NCBI GenBank assembly: GCA_045107005.1
Contig: JBGCFP010000018.1
Location: forward strand, 48 to 64,047
DNA from: Gammaproteobacteria bacterium
Lineage (GTDB): Bacteria; Pseudomonadota; Gammaproteobacteria; Steroidobacterales; JBCCMA01
Reading direction: 5' to 3'
DNA: 64,000 nucleotides
Positions 1 to 9,542 of this stretch are shown piece by piece. Position 1 is the stretch's first letter. Each line of letters opens with the position of its first letter. A program made the translations under genes and the position numbers. The notes under the pieces are model-generated. The model had not been told where the DNA came from. It made no database searches and worked only from the letters and a program-made list of their open reading frames with translations.

Positions 1-257
<257 letters not shown>

Positions 258-279
258 TTATCAAAAAAAATTCAAAAAC

Positions 280-1176
<897 letters not shown>

Positions 1177-1183
1177 TTATCGT

Positions 1184-1561
1184 CTAATCGTTGAGAGCCG
1201 TTGGATCCCGCATGATTGCGAGCCAAATACCGCTCTGCGCCGCCATGAAGCCGATCAGTAGAGCCCCAGGGCTCAGCGGCTTTACGACGACAAACACCAC
1301 CGTGAATAACGCACCGGTGATGATCAGCTTGCCGATCTCTCCAAACCACGTGGCGCGCAGCATCTTGCTTGCGTCGCCCGAGGGCGTTGCCGCCATCATG
1401 CGCATCGCCAGATACGCGTTTGGAATCACGCAGATGGCGGCGCCCAGCGCGGCTGAGTAGCCCGCGGTCGCGTTGACGAGCAACCAAGCCGCAATCCCCA
1501 TGAGGGCCCCGAGCATCAGCTGGGCCATCAGAATCTTGCGTGCGGCGCTCATAGTCTGCAC
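1184..1561 (-). CDS. atpI: ATP synthase protein I
   Basis: 125-aa hydrophobic 4-helix protein immediately upstream of atpB. Start is GTG 1561 or ATG 1552. Confidence 0.7.
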   Translation of the reverse strand: MQTMSAARKILMAQLMLGALMGIAAWLLVNATAGYSAALGAAICVIPNAYLAMRMMAATPSGDASKMLRATWFGEIGKLIITGALFTVVFVVVKPLSPGALLIGFMAAQSGIWLAIMRDPTALND

Positions 1562-1776
1562 ATCACCTGCGAAATCTTAACTAAACTCAAGCAGTTATCC
1601 GAATCTGGACGCGAAAAACGCCACGCTGGCACTGGGGCCAAAAAGTGGCGTTTAGCAGGTCTGTCCATCATCGAAAGTGCGGGCCCCGAGCCCGCTAAAA
1701 AGCGGCCGCTATTATAGGGGGGCGATTGTTGCCTTACAACAAGAGATTCAGGATTGCGCTTTCATGATCCCAAATG

Positions 1777-2205
1777 TTACGAACGGCGGTGCATCCAGGC
1801 GAGGCCAAGGCCGCTTAGCCAGACCAGGCAGGCCATAATAAACAGCGTGCCGCTGTCGCCCTGCACTTCCACACCCAGCGGGGTGAACAGATGGAACGTT
1901 ATGGCGCCACTCATTATGGCCGTCGCCATCAAGCCCCCACCCAATGAAAACAGTCGCTTACGCAAGAAAGCGCCGCTTAGAACCAGAATCGAAGCGACCA
2001 GCTCCGCCGAGCCGATCACGTACTGACTGAAGATACCGTTCTTGGCAAACAGGTTCCCAACGCCCAGGGCGACGGTCCAGTCGTTCAACGTACCGAAAAT
2101 ATGCTGAGTTTCCGGGGCATCGCTGAATTTGAAGAACAGGCTCTGAACAAAAACGAAGGCGATGAAGATGCTTAAGACAATGACTGCGATACGTTTTTTA
2201 TCCAC
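1777..2205 (-). CDS. DoxX-like small membrane protein
   Basis: ORF 1777..2349 trimmed to in-frame GTG at 2205 (VDKKRIAVIVLSIFIAF...). Four predicted TM helices with a DoxX-like layout. The N-terminal part of the long ORF looks non-coding. Confidence 0.5.
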   Translation of the reverse strand: MDKKRIAVIVLSIFIAFVFVQSLFFKFSDAPETQHIFGTLNDWTVALGVGNLFAKNGIFSQYVIGSAELVASILVLSGAFLRKRLFSLGGGLMATAIMSGAITFHLFTPLGVEVQGDSGTLFIMACLVWLSGLGLAWMHRRS

Positions 2206-2412
2206 GACGATCTCGGCTTCTGATGAACACTGCGTGGAATATACAGGTGATGACGAAGACGTTGCAGCTATTTCGTAACGCAAATGATGCACAAATATGA
2301 CCACTGCGTGATCTTTGCGTGAGGTTTGCTCGCAAGCCGCCCAGCACACTCCTTAAGTTCGAGCAGGGCAATAATCACAACACGCCCTGAATTCTATTTT
2401 CAGGAGGGATCT

Positions 2413-3228
2413 ATGCGATTTTCAAAATCCGTCGCGACACTGCTCGCGATGAGCGCACTTGGCCTGGCGGCCACCAGCGCATCCGCTACGTCACTGCGTG
2501 TGACGATTACCAACAACGCCCCGGCGGGCGGTGTCTATCTGACGCCGGTCTGGTCCGCTTTTCATGACGGGACGTTCGATACGTTCAGCACCGGTTCCGG
2601 TGCTTCGGCCGGTCTTGAGGCCATCGCAGAAGACGGCAATGTTGCCCCGCTGTCGGCCGAGTTTGGCGCCGCTCAGGCGAATGGCGTCCAAGGCGTAACC
2701 GGCATGGCGCCGGTGGCTCCCGGACAAACCGTGTCGCAAACGTTTGAAGTCTCCGGCGACGGCTCGAACAGCTACTTTTCCTACGCATCCATGGTGCTGC
2801 CAAGTTCGGACTACTTCGTTGGCAATGGTAACCCGCTGGCGCACGACATCTCCGCGATCTTCGACGGTCTGGTCAACGAAATCGTGTTCAACATTGGCGT
2901 ACCCGGTACGGTCTATGACGCTGGCACCGAAGTGAATGATTTCGCGACGTCGGCCGGTAACGGCCTGTTCGCCAACATTCCAGGTGGACAGATGGGTCCG
3001 AACCAAGGCGCCGACGAAAACGGCTTGGTCAGCGCGGTCGACAACCCGTTTGGTAACTTCCTGAACGCCGATGGCCTGGATCTGGCACTGCTGAACTTCG
3101 GCAACGCCAGCCTGTACGCGAACGGCATTGCGACGGTTACGATCACGGTCGTTCCAGTACCTGCCGCGCTGCCGTTGTTCGCAGCGGGTCTTGGCGCACT
3201 GGGCTTCTTCCGCCGTCGCCGAGCTTAG
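2413..3228 (+). CDS. secreted spondin_N-like protein with PEP-CTERM-class (VPxPA) C-terminal sorting tail
   Basis: ATG 2413 is preceded by AGGAGGGA. Signal peptide MRFSKSVATLLAMSALGLAATSASA. Body shows LTPVWSAFHDGTFDTF...GLEAIAEDGN, typical of bacterial spondin_N proteins. Last 25 aa are VPVPAALPLFAAGLGALGFFRRRRA. Confidence 0.65.
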   Translation: MRFSKSVATLLAMSALGLAATSASATSLRVTITNNAPAGGVYLTPVWSAFHDGTFDTFSTGSGASAGLEAIAEDGNVAPLSAEFGAAQANGVQGVTGMAPVAPGQTVSQTFEVSGDGSNSYFSYASMVLPSSDYFVGNGNPLAHDISAIFDGLVNEIVFNIGVPGTVYDAGTEVNDFATSAGNGLFANIPGGQMGPNQGADENGLVSAVDNPFGNFLNADGLDLALLNFGNASLYANGIATVTITVVPVPAALPLFAAGLGALGFFRRRRA

Positions 3229-3272
3229 TTGACGTACCGCGACAGGCACTGACTTCCAGTCACTATGTAAAG

Positions 3273-3319
3273 TCGCTGCGACCGGGAATCTCTCCCTTTC
3301 CGGTCGCAGCGATTTTTTT
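3273..3319 (+). terminator. rho-independent terminator after the spondin-like gene
   Basis: Perfect 13-bp stem tcgctgcgaccgg (3273-3285) / ccggtcgcagcga (3300-3312) followed by TTTTTTT (3313-3319). Confidence 0.8.
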
Positions 3320-3512
3320 ACGTACCCTTCGTGATACCGCCATTTCTGGCCACTATCCGCCGTCCCGCACGAAAACCACACACTTTCTACGTGTTATACG
3401 TCACGCGTTTTGTTAAATTTGTTGCAGATATAACCAGAACAGGTAGCAAGATGTCTGCCCAGACGCCTGTCCCGATACGCCTGCAACAGCGAAAAATCTG
3501 TGACGACTTGTC

Positions 3513-6203
3513 ATGATAACGCGGCTCTCCAGCGCGACCGATGCGCCCAGACCTCGCCCAATGACTGATGATCTGAGCCCGAAGCAGTGGGCGCTTGTGC
3601 AAAGTATTTTCCTTACGCTTGAAGGTCTGCCACCCCAAGAGCAGGAGGCAGTGCTCGTTCTGGAAAGCCGCGGGGACAAACAGGTTGAACAAACGGTGCG
3701 CGAACTCCTGCGCGCCGAACAGCAGCAGAATGCCGAGGACCTCATCAGCGAGTGTTTCGAGGTCGACGAGCCTGACGACAATCCCGACCACTTCATCGGC
3801 CAGACGATTGACGGTTACCGAATCACCGAGTTGGTTGGCAAGGGCGGCACCGGATTTGTGTTTCGCGCCGAGCGCCGCACTGAAGGCGTCGACCAGGTCG
3901 TCGCGATTAAGGTTCTGCGCAATACGTTTTTGAACTGGCCGATGCAGCAGCGCTTCAAACGCGAAGCGAAGATGCTGGCACGGCTCAACCATCCAAACAT
4001 CGCGCGCTTCCTAACGATTGATCGCTTCGAAGGCCGGCCGTATTTCACCATGGAGTTTATCGATGGCCAACGCATCGATAACTATTGCACGGAGCAGCGC
4101 CTCGACATTCCCGCGCGATTGAAACTTTTCCGAAAGGTGCTCGACGCCGTCGCTTTCTCGCAGCGCTATCTGATCATTCACCGCGATCTGAAACCGGAGA
4201 ACATTCTGGTCACGCGCGACGGTGTCGTAAAAATTCTTGATTTTGGCATCGGCAAATTCGTGACCGATGAAGGCCAGGCAGGCGACTCGTTGACCGTGGC
4301 CGTCGGGCCCATGCTGTCGATGGATGTCGCGGCGCCGGAACAGTGGACCGGCAAGGACACCACGACCGCGACCGACGTTTATGCGCTTGCGGTCGTTCTG
4401 TTCAAACTGCTGTCAGACGTCCTGCCTTATGAAAAAGAAAGCGTCAAGAAAATGGGGACGACCGGCAAGTGGCCCCTCGTTCCCCCATCGATGTTGAGCG
4501 TGCTCAGCACCAAAGGCGATCTGCAGCTAGCCGCCGAAAATCGAGGCGTGCCGGTGCGCTCGCTGCGTCAGTTGTTGCGCGGCGATTTGCAGGCCATTGT
4601 GTCCACGGCGATGGCGTTCACGCCGGATAAGCGTTACGGCAGCGCCGCGCAGTTCGGGCTGGATATCGACAACTTTCTCAACGATCGGCCGCTGAACACT
4701 CGCACGTCCAGCCGTTTCTACATTCTGAGAAAATTTCTGGCCCGGAACAAACTGGTGGTCAGCCTGGTAGCGGCGACGGCTATCCTGGTCAGCGCACTTT
4801 TACTGCAAGTCTATTTCGAAGCTGTACGCGATAGAGCACAAGCCGTGGAAATCGCGCGCGAACGCGACAAGGCGGTCGCGTCCTCAGGCTTGCTGCGAGA
4901 TGTGTTTTCCAGTGCCGATCCTGCATTGGAAGGCGCCAACAGCGTTACCGTTCGTGAAGCATTGGTGTTTAACGCGCCGCGTCTTCTTGGCGAACAGAAG
5001 GACGCACCAGAGGTGCAAATCGCGCTCGCGAGCACCGTGGGCGGTATTTTGTACGACATCGGTGCTTACAGCGACGCCGAAAATTTCCTGCGACAAGTCG
5101 TGGAGATCGCCGGGCGACTGCAAATCAAAAGTGGTGAGATCAGCACGGAACAGCGTGCAGCGATTGAGGCGCAGATCCAGCTTATCGGCGTGTACAAGGC
5201 AACAGACCGCAATGAACTGGCGCGAGCGATCGCCAATGATGTTGAGTCTAAAATTGATCCCCAGTTCGGGCCAAACTCCGTCCAAAGGCTCAATTTTCTG
5301 AACGCGTTGTCAGGCATTTTGCCCGAAGTTCAGTCGCCCGATGATCGCGCGCTGCTCGCGACAAATCGCGCCTATCAGATGGCGAAAGACCATCCGACGC
5401 TACCTGGACTTGCGCGCGCCAATGCGATCAATAACTACGCGCTTGCAAAGCGCCGCGATGTTCCGTTACCGCAGACGCTCGAGCTATTGGAGGAAGCACG
5501 CCGTATAGCACTCGCTGAAGTGCCCAAAACGCACCCGACCTACGCAAATATTACGGCGAATCTCGCCGCCGGCTATCTGACGCTCAAAGACAAAAAAACC
5601 GCACGCCGACTTTACGAAGAAGTGGCGGCAACGATCAGTCAGCAAGGAGTGCCGCCGAACCTTGGCATGGTGAGTTCCGCTTACGGCCTGGGGGCGCTGG
5701 AGATGAGCGAGGGAAATTTCGTGTTGGCCCAACAGCAGCTGAGCAACGCGCTGCGAGTGCAGGAACGATTCAGCAGTAACGAAGACTACTCGGCTCTGGC
5801 CATTCGATTTGCCCGCGCATCTTGCCTGGAAATGAACCAGCAACTGGACGAGGCGCGGACGGAATACTCAGTGGTCGCCAATACGATGGCACGACGCTAT
5901 CCCGCCGACCCGCAGCTGGCGAAATTCTACTCCCGGCTCAGCGCATTGGAACTGGATTTGGAGCAACGAGAAGCCGCAGCGAAAAACCTGGTCACAGCGC
6001 AACGCTACCTGGACGCCAGTTCGAAACCTGACGCGTTGACGATGACGTTCATGGAAGCGATCGACGTTCGGTTTGGCCAGGGCGATCTTGCGCTGGAGGA
6101 GCGACGTGCGCGCTTGCTCAAGTTGTTCGAGCAGGCATCGTCGCAAGCAGGACCTTACGCGATCCCGAATATGAAGATCCGCCGATGGATGGACGAGCTC
6201 TAG
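3513..6203 (+). CDS. transmembrane Ser/Thr protein kinase with large C-terminal helical-repeat (TPR-like) sensor domain
   Basis: Hanks kinase motifs are present: GKGGTGFVF, VAIKVL, HRDLKPENILV, DFGIGK, AAPEQW. One TM segment (LVVSLVAATAILVSALLLQVYF) is followed by about 460 aa of helical repeats. An alternative start is ATG 3561. Confidence 0.85.
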   Translation: MITRLSSATDAPRPRPMTDDLSPKQWALVQSIFLTLEGLPPQEQEAVLVLESRGDKQVEQTVRELLRAEQQQNAEDLISECFEVDEPDDNPDHFIGQTIDGYRITELVGKGGTGFVFRAERRTEGVDQVVAIKVLRNTFLNWPMQQRFKREAKMLARLNHPNIARFLTIDRFEGRPYFTMEFIDGQRIDNYCTEQRLDIPARLKLFRKVLDAVAFSQRYLIIHRDLKPENILVTRDGVVKILDFGIGKFVTDEGQAGDSLTVAVGPMLSMDVAAPEQWTGKDTTTATDVYALAVVLFKLLSDVLPYEKESVKKMGTTGKWPLVPPSMLSVLSTKGDLQLAAENRGVPVRSLRQLLRGDLQAIVSTAMAFTPDKRYGSAAQFGLDIDNFLNDRPLNTRTSSRFYILRKFLARNKLVVSLVAATAILVSALLLQVYFEAVRDRAQAVEIARERDKAVASSGLLRDVFSSADPALEGANSVTVREALVFNAPRLLGEQKDAPEVQIALASTVGGILYDIGAYSDAENFLRQVVEIAGRLQIKSGEISTEQRAAIEAQIQLIGVYKATDRNELARAIANDVESKIDPQFGPNSVQRLNFLNALSGILPEVQSPDDRALLATNRAYQMAKDHPTLPGLARANAINNYALAKRRDVPLPQTLELLEEARRIALAEVPKTHPTYANITANLAAGYLTLKDKKTARRLYEEVAATISQQGVPPNLGMVSSAYGLGALEMSEGNFVLAQQQLSNALRVQERFSSNEDYSALAIRFARASCLEMNQQLDEARTEYSVVANTMARRYPADPQLAKFYSRLSALELDLEQREAAAKNLVTAQRYLDASSKPDALTMTFMEAIDVRFGQGDLALEERRARLLKLFEQASSQAGPYAIPNMKIRRWMDEL

Positions 6204-6255
6204 TGCGTAATCGTCACCGCTGAGCGCACGAGTCCGGCGCTCGCCCGTTCCCAGC

Positions 6256-6846
6256 TCAGGAAATGCGGCGCAATATGTACGCGTTGGCGAATCTCAGGTT
6301 GCGCTGGATATCCGCAGCCGACAAATCCATGGCACCGGCGATCTCGTCCACGCTAAGGCAAGCGAAATGGTGTTGAACAAAAATTTGCGCCGTATTGGGA
6401 TCGTCGCGCTGCAACGAGTCGACCAGCCGATCAATCTCAATGAGCTGCTCCGGTGACCGAACGTTCACCGCCGCACCGTCGCTGCGCAGCAAGATTTTGT
6501 GTTTTGCACTGCTCACGAAAATTTCGCGCAACATGGACGCGGCGAGGCAGAAAAAACGGTGCTTATCACCGTTGCCCAGATTCTCGTCCTCAACGTACTT
6601 GTTATAGAAGCGGTTAACCAAAGAGCCGCCCGTCGGACGCCCAGCGGCGTTTTGACCAACATAGCGTGCGATGACCATCAGGCGGCCGTACACCCGCCGG
6701 TAAATATAGTCGTCCGTTGACAGCGGTTTCCGGCGCAGTGTCCGGACCCAGGCGCAAAACTCAATCGGTTCCAGGTCCTCAGAGTCGTCCGGCGATTTCG
6801 CCAGGTCCTCAGACGGCGGAACCGATTCCGAGATCAGTGCGTGCAT
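6256..6846 (-). CDS. ECF-type sigma factor (PF07638-like, kinase-associated type)
   Basis: ORF 6256..7014 trimmed to ATG 6846 (MHALISE...). Region-4 HTH is LSVDEIAGAMDLSAADIQRNLRFANAYILRRIS. The central RFFCLAASMLREIFV and DDPNTAQIFVQHHF segments mirror the layout of the ECF family usually linked to Ser/Thr kinases. No anti-sigma gene is adjacent. Confidence 0.7.
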   Translation of the reverse strand: MHALISESVPPSEDLAKSPDDSEDLEPIEFCAWVRTLRRKPLSTDDYIYRRVYGRLMVIARYVGQNAAGRPTGGSLVNRFYNKYVEDENLGNGDKHRFFCLAASMLREIFVSSAKHKILLRSDGAAVNVRSPEQLIEIDRLVDSLQRDDPNTAQIFVQHHFACLSVDEIAGAMDLSAADIQRNLRFANAYILRRIS

Positions 6847-6951
6847 TATGTTTACCTTTGGGACAATCTTCCCATTTTTAACATCCCTGACTAAAAGGTA
6901 CACCAAGTGCGAGCCATTCGGTTCATTTATCTTCTGCCGACCCAAGTTGCC

Positions 6952-6981
6952 GCGACCGAGTCTATTTTTTGACTCGGTCGC
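6952..6981. other. perfect 11-bp inverted repeat (intercistronic hairpin)
   Basis: gcgaccgagtc (6952-6962), loop tatttttt, gactcggtcgc (6971-6981). It lies 17 nt downstream of the stop of the 6999..7583 gene and upstream of the ECF gene. Confidence 0.6.
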
Positions 6982-6998
6982 AACAACAGCATCCGGTT

Positions 6999-7583
6999 TC
7001 AGGACCCGGGCCACTGCAGCAAGACGTTTTCATCAACGAAATAGTAGCTCAACGTCGTGTTGAACGAGTTGTCGACCTGCACGAGCGCCGTGCCTTGTGC
7101 GTTGACCGTCGCTGCACCGCACACGGTCCAGCGATCCGTCACCGGCTCGTACGCAAACACCAGGTGCGATTCCCCGACTGGATAGTTGTGAACGTTAGGC
7201 CATTCGATCGTCAGAAAATCGTTCATCAACACTTCGGCGCCGCTGAGCTCAAACACCACGTCCGGTACCCGATTTTTGGGAAACGTCACGCTGAGCGAGC
7301 TGCCCTCGAGCACACTCACCGAGGCGTCATCAACCGGATTCCCGGACGTTACGTAGGTGTTATTCGGCGGGACCGAAATGGACAGTGGAATCCACGCGCT
7401 ACTCGGAATATCCGGTAACCACGGACCGGTTGAGTTTGTGATATCCGCTCCGGTGATGATCAACGGACCGGCCGGGTCGGCGTACGTGGCACTGGTCGCC
7501 AAACTGGTGACGAACACCAACGTCGCGAACGCGCCGACGCGAGCTGGTAAAGCGCAGCGCCTGGATGAACATGCTTTTGACAT
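6999..7583 (-). CDS. secreted hypothetical protein (beta-rich), upstream of the ECF sigma gene
   Basis: ORF 6999..7604 trimmed to ATG 7583 (MSKACSSRR...). Signal peptide ends ...SLATSATYA/DP. I recognise no family. Confidence 0.5.
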   Translation of the reverse strand: MSKACSSRRCALPARVGAFATLVFVTSLATSATYADPAGPLIITGADITNSTGPWLPDIPSSAWIPLSISVPPNNTYVTSGNPVDDASVSVLEGSSLSVTFPKNRVPDVVFELSGAEVLMNDFLTIEWPNVHNYPVGESHLVFAYEPVTDRWTVCGAATVNAQGTALVQVDNSFNTTLSYYFVDENVLLQWPGS

Positions 7584-7781
7584 GACTTCTTCTCCTGTTA
7601 CCACGCGGACGCGATAACAGCGAAGTGCCGTCAGCGAATGTCATGCGCGGTGAACAAGAGAAGTGAGAAGAATCGCGCGAATCTCGCACTTGGCTTACGC
7701 AAGCGGCGACTGCGTTGAAAGAGAAAAGCGGTGTTCGATGACGTCGGCGGTGTTGCCGAGCGAGGTCGGTTCAGATCGAGT

Positions 7782-9005
7782 TCAGGACGAATTCAATTGA
7801 CGTTGCTTACGCACCAGAAATTGGCGCACGGCCGGGTCGTCGCTCAAGCCCTGCGCCCGACGATAGTCATCCAGCGCGCGATCGGTTTGCCCAGCTGCCG
7901 CGTGCAAGTGCGCCTTGACGGCGAAATACGGCTGGAAAGATTTGACGGCGTTTCGGGGCAACACCGCGAGCGCAGCAAGACCTGCCGCCGGACCTCGCGC
8001 TGCGCCCAGCGCGGCGGCTCGCCCAACCGAGACAGCCAGCGTTGGCGCCAGGCGATGAAGCCCTTCGTAAAGCAATGCAATTGCTTCCCAGTTGGGCGCC
8101 TCCCCCGCAGGCGTGCGAACGTGATGCGATTGAATCGCCGCTTCAAGCTGAAAGCGCCCAATGTCATTGAGCGTTGCCGCACGCGCCAGACACCGCTCGG
8201 CCTGCTCGATCCTGCTCCACTGCCAACGATCTCGATCTTGCTCTGACAGCGGCACATAGCGCTCGTTGTCGCGACGCGCATCGACCCTCGCTTGCGAGAA
8301 CAACATCAGCGCCAACAACCCAAGCGCTTCAGGCTCACGCGGAGCTTGGGTACAGACAATATGACCCAGCCACAGTGCCTCGCCGGCCAGTCCGTGACGC
8401 TCATCCCGAGCACCGGTCGCATCATCCCAGCCGGTCGAAAACGACGCGTAGATGGCATCCAGAACATCGCCCAGGCGTTCGCTCAAAGCCTCGGTACCGG
8501 TCAACTCAAACGGTATCGCGCGGTCGCGGATGGCGCGCTTGGCACGCGCCAGTCGCTGCCCCAACGCGGCCGGGCTAACGACAAATGCCGTGCTCATTTG
8601 GCGGGCATTGAGCCCGAGGACGGTCTGCAACATCAGCGGCGCGCGGGCGTTGGGATGAATATCGGGATGCGCGCACAGCACCATCAACGCCAGCCGTCGA
8701 TCGGTCGTTGCCTCTTTGGTCGATACGCCTTCGACCAACGGCAACAGCGCCACCGCGGTGTCGTGCTCGACGCCGCGGTGTCTGGCTTGATCAATCAGCA
8801 CGCGTCGCGCTGTCGTCAGCAACCACGCCGCGGGCACGTCGGGCACGCCGTCTGTCGGCCAGCGCGTGAGCGCACGTTCAAACGCGGTCGCGAGCGCGTC
8901 TTCCGCCTGCGCCACGTCGTGCCCCCGGCGACACAACGTGGCGATCAGACGACCGTAAGCATCACGCGCCGCTGCGTGTGCCGCCTGGTAAGCGGGCTCA
9001 CTCAC
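7782..9005 (-). CDS. ECF42-type sigma factor with C-terminal TPR-like extension
   Basis: 407 aa. The N-terminal sigma2/sigma4 part (AEDALATAFERALTRWP...PAAWLLTTARRVLIDQARHR) is followed by about 230 aa of helical extension. GTG start 9005 overlaps the stop of the upstream YciI/DGPF gene (GTGA). Confidence 0.7.
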   Translation of the reverse strand: MSEPAYQAAHAAARDAYGRLIATLCRRGHDVAQAEDALATAFERALTRWPTDGVPDVPAAWLLTTARRVLIDQARHRGVEHDTAVALLPLVEGVSTKEATTDRRLALMVLCAHPDIHPNARAPLMLQTVLGLNARQMSTAFVVSPAALGQRLARAKRAIRDRAIPFELTGTEALSERLGDVLDAIYASFSTGWDDATGARDERHGLAGEALWLGHIVCTQAPREPEALGLLALMLFSQARVDARRDNERYVPLSEQDRDRWQWSRIEQAERCLARAATLNDIGRFQLEAAIQSHHVRTPAGEAPNWEAIALLYEGLHRLAPTLAVSVGRAAALGAARGPAAGLAALAVLPRNAVKSFQPYFAVKAHLHAAAGQTDRALDDYRRAQGLSDDPAVRQFLVRKQRQLNSS

Positions 9006-9346
9006 TGGTAGCTGGGAACCCCGCGAACCTCAATGCCGCCGCTCGTCGCCGACGCCATCGGCAAGCGCTTGGCCCACGCGATCGCCGCCGCCTGGTCCGC
9101 GACGTCAATCAGATAAAAACCGCCGAGCTGTTCTTTGGAATCGACAAACGGGCCATCCTGAACCGTTCCGTCACTGCGGACCGTCGCCGCTGTGGCGCTG
9201 GGTTCGAGCGGCTCACCGCCCACAAAGACCCCCGCCTCAGTGAGCGCATCGCCAAACGCTTTGTGCGCCATCAACAGCTCGCCCTGTTGCGCGTCATCCA
9301 GATCATGCCAGCTTTCGTCGTCGTGAATCAGTAGTGCAAATTGCAT
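9002..9346 (-). CDS. YciI/DGPF-family protein
   Basis: ORF 9002..9475 trimmed to ATG 9346 (MQFALLIHDDE...). Contains DGPF and GGFYLIDV motifs. Translationally coupled to the downstream sigma gene. Confidence 0.75.
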   Translation of the reverse strand: MQFALLIHDDESWHDLDDAQQGELLMAHKAFGDALTEAGVFVGGEPLEPSATAATVRSDGTVQDGPFVDSKEQLGGFYLIDVADQAAAIAWAKRLPMASATSGGIEVRGVPSYQ

Positions 9347-9542
9347 GGAGTGCTCCTTGTGAATTACGAACGCGCGGCAAAACGCCCCGCTCACTATAAA
9401 TGACGACTGCGCAACGCGGTTTTTGACAAAAACGCGAAGAAAATCGAAATTCACAGGCATGTGACACAAATTCAACCGTACCGGCGTACAGTGACCACTG
9501 TGTAGAGCGACGACTATTCAACTTTGTTTGGGGAGATGGGGA

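Noticed and set aside
1562-2412. Absence of the usual rsmG-parA-parB genes upstream of atpI as a sign of rearrangement near the origin.
   Set aside because: The linkage of atpI to parAB varies among gammaproteobacteria. Without flanking sequence or GC-skew computation, this cannot be interpreted.
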